Part shown: piece by piece, positions 24,870 to 29,724 of the stretch
Layout of the letters: the number at the start of each line of letters is the position of its first letter
How positions within the stretch are numbered: the stretch's first letter is position 1
Virus record (IMG/VR): IMGVR_UViG_3300045988_154091
Coordinates: 1-29,724 of that record
Source: a virus
Direction: 5' to 3' (one strand)
Length of the DNA stretch: 29,724 bases
The notes under the pieces: generated by a model
Database searches by the model: none
Seen by the model: the letters and a program-made list of their open reading frames with translations, nothing else
Told to the model about the DNA's origin: nothing
Made by a program: the position numbers and the translations under genes

Positions 24870-25091
24870 ATGAGTAAATACGGAAGCAAATACGGCCTGT
24901 TCAGCCTCGATTCCGAGCTTGTTGAAGGCTTCTGGGAGAAAGACGACAAACACGCTCTGCTCAAAGCGTTATGCCTGGCAGAATGCGATTTAAGCGAGGA
25001 ATTCAAGAAGGGTTTCATGCTCTCTCGGATCGATTTTCAGGGCAACCCGTTCCGCATGGTTGCGTGCGTCAAGAACAGCACTTCGCTGTAA
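24870..25091 (+). CDS. Hypothetical protein, low-GC early gene
   Basis: ATG at 24870 after the RBS aaaggaaagggg (MSKYGSKYG...). About 45% GC. No HTH recognisable. Confidence 0.45.
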   Translation: MSKYGSKYGLFSLDSELVEGFWEKDDKHALLKALCLAECDLSEEFKKGFMLSRIDFQGNPFRMVACVKNSTSL

Positions 25092-25142
25092 TTTTTTTAA
25101 TCTATCTTTGTAAGTTTTATTAACATTCGAAAGGAAAAGACA

Positions 25143-25505
25143 GTGGCAACACCAGAGGAGATCGAGCAGGCGGCGGTCGGCGCCACCTTAAAGATGGAGG
25201 AACTGGGCTACGAGGTGTTCGAGCTGCCCCGCCACGACGAGCGCGGCATCGCCGTGCTCCTGGCCAGCAAGGGCAAGGAGCAGCGCCTCGTGTGCGCGGT
25301 GAACAAGAACAACCACAAGAACGATTGGACGATCCCGAAGGCATTCGAATGGTTCACAAGCAGCATGCGCACCGACAGCAACATGCTCCAGCTTATGAGC
25401 AAATTCGATATGCACTACGACCTTGTTATCACCTGGTTCGTCGAATGCGAAGAGCGCGTGTATGTGTCGATGCGCATCTGCGACATCTTCGATCAGGAGG
25501 AGTAG
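25143..25505 (+). CDS. Hypothetical early protein
   Basis: ORF 25143..25505, GTG start after the RBS aaaggaaaag. 120 aa. Confidence 0.45.
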   Translation: MATPEEIEQAAVGATLKMEELGYEVFELPRHDERGIAVLLASKGKEQRLVCAVNKNNHKNDWTIPKAFEWFTSSMRTDSNMLQLMSKFDMHYDLVITWFVECEERVYVSMRICDIFDQEE

Positions 25506-25507
25506 CG

Positions 25508-25732
25508 ATGGAGACCAAGGAGTTCAAGGCACCGCACCTTTACACGGTGCGTGAAGCCGCCAAGCAGTACGGAGTCCCGAGCGAGACGCTTTACCGCGAG
25601 ATTCGCGCGGGAAGGCTGAAGGCGATCGTTCGCAGGGGCTGCAAGCGCGGCCTGCGCCTTTCCGATTCGGCCATGGCGAAATGGCTTGATTCCGCCTACG
25701 AGCCGTACGTGTGGGAAGGCGGCGGGCGATGA
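25508..25732 (+). CDS. Excisionase/MerR-type HTH DNA-binding protein (Xis- or Cro-like)
   Basis: ATG at 25508 after the RBS caggaggag. LYTVREAAKQYGVPSETLYREIRAGRLKAI is a typical HTH_17/excisionase motif. Confidence 0.55.
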   Translation: METKEFKAPHLYTVREAAKQYGVPSETLYREIRAGRLKAIVRRGCKRGLRLSDSAMAKWLDSAYEPYVWEGGGR

Positions 25733-25887
25733 GCGCGGCAAGGCTTCTGGCGGCTGCGCTGCTGGCCATCGGGTGCATCGTCGGGGCAGCGCAGAACGCC
25801 CAGAACGATGCGATGCAGCAGTACCGCGCAGACCACGCACTGACCGCCCAGCAGGCACGCGACATGGGCTGGGAGGTAGATGCGTGA
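25729..25887 (+). CDS. Small membrane/secreted hypothetical protein (52 aa)
   Basis: ATGA overlap with the upstream gene. Hydrophobic N-terminus LLAAALLAIGCIVGAA. The stop overlaps the RusA start. Confidence 0.35.
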   Translation: MSAARLLAAALLAIGCIVGAAQNAQNDAMQQYRADHALTAQQARDMGWEVDA

Positions 25888-26285
25888 TGTACGCCGTGAA
25901 CCGCATACCGAACAAGCGCCGCCATCGCTCCACCGTTCGCAACGGGCACATTGCAACCTACACGGACAGCAGGACGGCGGCGGACGAGCAAGCGGTGAGG
26001 GACGCGTACAAGGGGGAATGCTTCGATTGCGCCGTGCGCGTTGTCGTCCACACCTTCAAGGCGCTGCCGAAGAGCCGCCCGAAGCGCATCGAGAGGGAGC
26101 GCGACACCACGAAGCCCGACATCGACAACGTGCTGAAGGCCGTGCTCGATGCGCTCAACGGGGTTGCCTACAGGGACGATTCGCAGGTTGTCGAGGTTCA
26201 GGTCGTGAAGCACGACCGAACGCGCAAGCAGGGCGATTCCATCCGCTTCGAGGTTGAGCCGATACCGGAGAACGAGCTTGTATGA
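25887..26285 (+). CDS. rusA: RusA-family Holliday junction resolvase
   Basis: MYAVNRIPNKRRH... with PDIDNVLKAVLDALNGVAYRDDSQV, characteristic of RusA. 132 aa. Confidence 0.7.
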   Translation: MYAVNRIPNKRRHRSTVRNGHIATYTDSRTAADEQAVRDAYKGECFDCAVRVVVHTFKALPKSRPKRIERERDTTKPDIDNVLKAVLDALNGVAYRDDSQVVEVQVVKHDRTRKQGDSIRFEVEPIPENELV

Positions 26286-26854
26286 CGCGTAGATACCGCA
26301 AATGGCTCCCATACGAGGTTGCGGCGCTTGTGGAATGGGCTGGAACTGTGCCAACGGCCGAGATAGCCGAGCGCCTTGGAAGAAGCGCGAAAAGCGTTGA
26401 CCACAAGGCAAAGGCGATGGGCCTTTCCCTCCGATGCGAATGGCACCTGGAATGGTGCAACGGGTGCAGCTGCTGGCGCACCAGCGTTGATGCCGACACT
26501 GGCGAGTGCCAGGTGTGCAAGGTACGGCACAAGATGCAGGCGGCCGAAGCCGAGTGCACGGCGCTGTATCTGGCGCTTGGCCCAGATGCAAAGGGGCAGC
26601 GCGGCGGCGTCATGCCGGGCAAGCGCTCCAAGCCAATCAAGACCCCGCGCCCGCCGAACCTCAAAAGCATGTCAAAAGCGGAGCGTCGCGAAGCCGAGCA
26701 GCGGTTCTTCGAAGAACTGGAGGAATGGCACCTTGTCAACGTGCAAAGGCGCTACGCAACGGCCCGCAAACGGCTCCAAAGGGCGCGTGAAGATTTTATG
26801 AACATAAAAATAGATGGGGAAAACCCAGGTCAGAAGGGAAAAAGAAATGGCTAA
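26282..26854 (+). CDS. HTH (sigma-70 region-4-like) plus Zn-ribbon regulatory protein
   Basis: YEVAALVEWAGTVPTAEIAERLGRSAKSVDHKAKAMGL (HTH), then CEWHLEWCNGCSCW...ECQVCKV (Cys cluster). ATGA overlap with rusA. Confidence 0.45.
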   Translation: MTRRYRKWLPYEVAALVEWAGTVPTAEIAERLGRSAKSVDHKAKAMGLSLRCEWHLEWCNGCSCWRTSVDADTGECQVCKVRHKMQAAEAECTALYLALGPDAKGQRGGVMPGKRSKPIKTPRPPNLKSMSKAERREAEQRFFEELEEWHLVNVQRRYATARKRLQRAREDFMNIKIDGENPGQKGKRNG

Positions 26855-27332
26855 TCCAATCACAGCCGACGAGGAACTGGCGCTGATGCGCGTTCTGAAG
26901 AAGCGCATAGACAACCGCGTGAAGGAGCTTGAAGGCGAGGCAAAGGACGAGCTTCTTGGCTTCTACGACACCTGCGGCATCGACCGCCGCCAGGTAAAGG
27001 CCAACGGGCAGAACGTGGGCACCATCTCGGTGGTGTTCAGCAAGCCGAAGGCGGCAATCGACCCGCTCCGCAAGGCCAAGGCGCTGGACTACCTGGCATC
27101 GTGCGGGCTCACCGAGGAAACGCCCGTGAAGGGCTGGGAGGAGCGCTTCGCCCAGTGCGGGGACGACATTATCGACTGCAAGACTGGCGAGGTCGTGGAC
27201 TTCCTGCTTTGGGAGCCGCAGCGACCCAAGGCGGTGCGCACGGCGGTTAAGGAGCAGGAAGCGGTGGCGGCGCTTAGGCCGCTGGTAAACGGCATGAGCG
27301 CAACGGCGCTGTTGGAAGGAGAAGAGCAGTAA
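26847..27332 (+). CDS. Hypothetical protein upstream of recT (possibly Gp157-like)
   Basis: ATG at 26847 (MANPITADEE...) after the RBS aagggaaaaag. About 161 aa. Its position next to recT is the only basis for the Gp157 suggestion. Confidence 0.35.
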   Translation: MANPITADEELALMRVLKKRIDNRVKELEGEAKDELLGFYDTCGIDRRQVKANGQNVGTISVVFSKPKAAIDPLRKAKALDYLASCGLTEETPVKGWEERFAQCGDDIIDCKTGEVVDFLLWEPQRPKAVRTAVKEQEAVAALRPLVNGMSATALLEGEEQ

Positions 27333-28258
27333 TGACAGAGGAAATCGCCAAATACGAGACGGACGGCGGGCAGGAGATCGAGCTGTCAGCGCAGGTCGTG
27401 CGCGACGTGTGCGCGCAGGGCAACGCAAAGGTGACCGACAAGGAGGCATGGGAGTTCATCCAACTTTGCAAGGCGCACAGGCTCAACCCCTTCATCCGAG
27501 AAGCCTACCTGGTGAAGTACGGCAGCAACGCCACCATCATCACGGGCAAGGACGTATTCACCAAGCGCGCAGCCCGCAACGAGAACTGCGAGGGCTTCCG
27601 CGCCGGTGTCAGCGTGCTTAACTCCGCTGGCCAGATCATCGACCGCGAAGGCTCCGCGCTCTTCCCCCAGATCGGCGAGATGCTTTTAGGCGGATGGGCT
27701 GAAGTATACATGCGCGGGTACCAGGTGCCCATCAAGGACACCGTAAGCCTTGCGGAGTACAGCACTGGCAAGAGCGGATGGGCGAAGATGCCTGGCACGA
27801 TGATACGCAAGGTCGCCCTGGTGCACGCCCTGCGCGAGGCGATGCCAGAGGAGTTCGGCGGCCTGTACGACAGCGCCGAGATGGACCAGGCGCACATGGG
27901 CACCGCGCGCCCGCAGCAGCCGCAGCAGCAGCCCGAGGCGGCCTACGAGCCGCCAGAGCCCGAGCAGCCGAGCGAAACCCCAACCGAGCAGCGTTTGGGG
28001 CAGATCGCCGAATCCGTGGAGTTCCCAAGCGGCGAGGAAGAGCGCAGAGCCGCCGAAGAGCGCCTGCGCGGGATGTTCATCGAGGGCAAGCAGGCGGGCT
28101 TCGACCTCAAGGGCTTCCACGCCTACGCACGCCAGGCCCATGGCTGCGACTACCTCCAGATGACCACCGACCAGCTGACCGCCTGCGCCGACGAGTTCAA
28201 GCGCCGCCTTGACCGCTTCCAGCAGGCAAGCGGGGAGGTCGAGCACGTATGGGAGTAG
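27332..28258 (+). CDS. recT: RecT-family single-strand annealing protein with extended C-terminal domain
   Basis: LNPFIREAYLVKYGSNATIITGKDVF ... WAKMPGTMIRKVALVHALREAMPEEFGGLY matches the RecT core. A Q/P/E-rich linker (QPQQQPEAAYEPPEPEQP) precedes an extra ~90-aa C-terminal domain. Confidence 0.7.
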   Translation: MTEEIAKYETDGGQEIELSAQVVRDVCAQGNAKVTDKEAWEFIQLCKAHRLNPFIREAYLVKYGSNATIITGKDVFTKRAARNENCEGFRAGVSVLNSAGQIIDREGSALFPQIGEMLLGGWAEVYMRGYQVPIKDTVSLAEYSTGKSGWAKMPGTMIRKVALVHALREAMPEEFGGLYDSAEMDQAHMGTARPQQPQQQPEAAYEPPEPEQPSETPTEQRLGQIAESVEFPSGEEERRAAEERLRGMFIEGKQAGFDLKGFHAYARQAHGCDYLQMTTDQLTACADEFKRRLDRFQQASGEVEHVWE

Positions 28259-28515
28259 AGATCAAGCCCTGCAGCATGCCGAAGGTGCGCCGCGGCGGCG
28301 GCTACCGAAACCGCAAGCCCGAGTACGAGCAGGCCTTCAGCGAGTTCATCGAGAGCGGTGCGGCGTGCGCAGAGGTGTGCATGGACGGCAAGAGCATGAA
28401 CACGGTGTTCGCCGCGATGCGCAGCCGCGCCGAGAGGGCAGGCAACGTCAAGGCGTTCACGTCGCAGGGCCGTGTGTACCTGCGCCGAACCGACACCGAA
28501 GAATCCGACCAGTAA
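28249..28515 (+). CDS. Hypothetical protein
   Basis: 88 aa, overlaps the recT 3' end. No family recognised. Confidence 0.4.
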   Translation: MGVEIKPCSMPKVRRGGGYRNRKPEYEQAFSEFIESGAACAEVCMDGKSMNTVFAAMRSRAERAGNVKAFTSQGRVYLRRTDTEESDQ

Positions 28516-28524
28516 GGAGAAGAA

Positions 28525-28995
28525 ATGAGCATCAACCGAGTTGCAATCAGCGGGAACCTGACCCGCGACGCGGAGCTGCGCCAAACGGCTGGCGGCATGG
28601 CGATCCTGGGCTTCGGCGTGGCGGTGAACGACCGCCACAAGAACCAGCAGACGGGCGAATGGGAGGATTACCCGAACTTCATCGATTGCACCATGTTTGG
28701 CGCTCGCGCACAGAGCGTTTCCCGCTTCCTTTCCAAGGGCAGCAAGGTGGCCATCGAAGGAAAGCTTCGTTGGAGCCAGTGGGAACGCGACGGCCAGAAG
28801 CGTAGCAAGATCGAAGTCATTGTTGACGAGATCGAGTTCATGAGCCGCCAGCAGGGACAGCTCGGCAGCGAGCCCGTGTACGCGGCGGCGGCACCCGCAC
28901 AGCCGATGCAGCCTGTGCAGCCTATGCAGCAGCAGCTCGGCGGCATGCCGCAGCCCGTTGCCGCCTCCATCTACGACGACGACATCCCGTTCTAG
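28525..28995 (+). CDS. ssb: Single-stranded DNA-binding protein
   Basis: OB-fold-like N-terminus (NRVAISGNLTRDAELRQTAGGMAILGFGVAVN...WSQWERDGQKRSKIEVIVDEIEF). Gln/Pro-rich linker and acidic tail DDDIPF. Confidence 0.8.
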   Translation: MSINRVAISGNLTRDAELRQTAGGMAILGFGVAVNDRHKNQQTGEWEDYPNFIDCTMFGARAQSVSRFLSKGSKVAIEGKLRWSQWERDGQKRSKIEVIVDEIEFMSRQQGQLGSEPVYAAAAPAQPMQPVQPMQQQLGGMPQPVAASIYDDDIPF

Positions 28996-28998
28996 CAG

Positions 28999-29292
28999 GT
29001 GGCGGAAATGGAGGAGTTCGAGGAAACGCCGCCGTGCCTGGAGCCGAGGAACTTCACCTGGTTCGCGAGCTACACAAAGGCAATGGAGATGCTGCCATCA
29101 GACAAGCAGGCAGAGTTCGCAATCGGCGTGATCCGCTATGGGGCATACGGGAACGAGCCCTTCTTCGAGTACCCGCTTGATTTCGCCTTCGAGCTTATCC
29201 GCCCGAACATCGACAACTCGCGCAAGTGGTCTCAGATGGGCAAGAAAGGTATGGAGAAGCGCTGGGGAAAGAAGAATGTGGATAACTCATAA
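28999..29292 (+). CDS. Hypothetical protein
   Basis: 97 aa, immediately after ssb. Confidence 0.4.
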   Translation: MAEMEEFEETPPCLEPRNFTWFASYTKAMEMLPSDKQAEFAIGVIRYGAYGNEPFFEYPLDFAFELIRPNIDNSRKWSQMGKKGMEKRWGKKNVDNS

Positions 29293-29445
29293 AACCCCAG
29301 GTCGGCTCGTTAATATAGCCCCCTATCGTAACAATTTGAATAGAAGAGAACAGAAATAGAAAAAGAAAAGGAAGCATACGCCACGACCCCACCCCGCTCG
29401 TAGCAGTTCTACCGGCGGGCGGGCCGTTGCCGAAAGGAGCAAGCC

Positions 29446-29604
29446 ATGGAGCACAGGTGCACCCAGCTGGAGGAGCTGGACAAGGACGGCGAGTACCAGG
29501 TCGAGACCACGCGCGCGGGCGGCTGGGGGCTGTACGCCACCGTCAGCCGCCGCCTCACCGAGCTGGACAAGGTAGCGGAGGGAATCAGGAAGGCGGTAGG
29601 CTAA
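29446..29604 (+). CDS. Hypothetical small protein (52 aa)
   Basis: ATG after the RBS gaaaggagcaagcc. The stop TAA overlaps the ATG of the junction-spanning ORF. Confidence 0.35.
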   Translation: MEHRCTQLEELDKDGEYQVETTRAGGWGLYATVSRRLTELDKVAEGIRKAVG

Positions 29605-29724
29605 TGAGGGTCTACAAGCGCGACAGATGCGGGAAGTTCTTCAAGCGTGATGAACTGATGGTGATGACAGCGCCGATTCTTCCTGTCTACTTCAACTTCA
29701 GGATTAAACGGCACGTCTGCGGCG
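29581..29724. repeat. Second copy of the terminal direct repeat
   Basis: Identical to 1-144. Confidence 0.9.

Larger units (their letters stand above)
1..29580. mobile_element. Complete temperate siphovirus-like phage genome, assembled as a circle
   Basis: Coordinates 1-144 are identical to 29581-29724. The unique sequence holds a full packaging-head-tail-lysis-integration-immunity-recombination gene complement in typical temperate-phage order. Confidence 0.85.

Overview
This window is a complete, circularly closed genome of a temperate siphovirus-like phage. The first 144 bp (1-144) are identical to the last 144 bp (29581-29724), so the unique length is about 29.58 kb. GC content is high (about 63-65%), which fits a high-GC Gram-positive (actinobacterial-type) host.

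Gene order on the + strand:
- Small membrane and Cys-rich ORFs (250-865), ended by a strong terminator.
- Large terminase with a TerS-like HTH fused at its N-terminus, portal, and a MuF-like head protein carrying a C-terminal RadC-like JAB domain.
- An accessory block (5843-8760): small ORF, DUF2513 protein, two YjcQ-like paralogues, a low-GC small ORF and a Bro-N/KilAC antirepressor.
- Scaffold, major capsid, head-tail connector/adaptor proteins, tail tube and tail terminator.
- Two paralogous tail chaperones, a Gp15-like protein, tape measure, Dit, Tal and a tail fiber/receptor-binding protein (RBP).
- Lysis cassette: two holin-like proteins and a signal-peptide amidase endolysin with two SH3b repeats.
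- An attP region that carries a tRNA 3'-end fragment flanked by TTGTGCACAA-type arm palindromes.
- On the - strand, integrase followed by a CI-like (XRE-HTH plus S24 peptidase) repressor.
- On the + strand, an early/recombination module: low-GC ORFs, Xis-like HTH, RusA, HTH plus Zn-ribbon regulator, RecT and SSB.

The most notable element is a shufflon-like module at 18.6-20.5 kb. The RBP gene (18122-18886) is followed by two promoterless paralogous C-terminal cassettes. One is in direct orientation (18898-19193) and one is inverted (19265-19645). A second, small tyrosine recombinase gene (19623-20504, - strand) sits next to them. Three copies of a 12-15 bp core (gtgattccgtatccc) lie at the constant/variable junction, at the RBP stop codon, and inverted at the far end of the inverted cassette. 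Each core encodes the same RDSVS/DSVS junction in frame. Recombination between them would therefore fuse the constant RBP N-terminus to any of three alternative receptor-binding C-termini.
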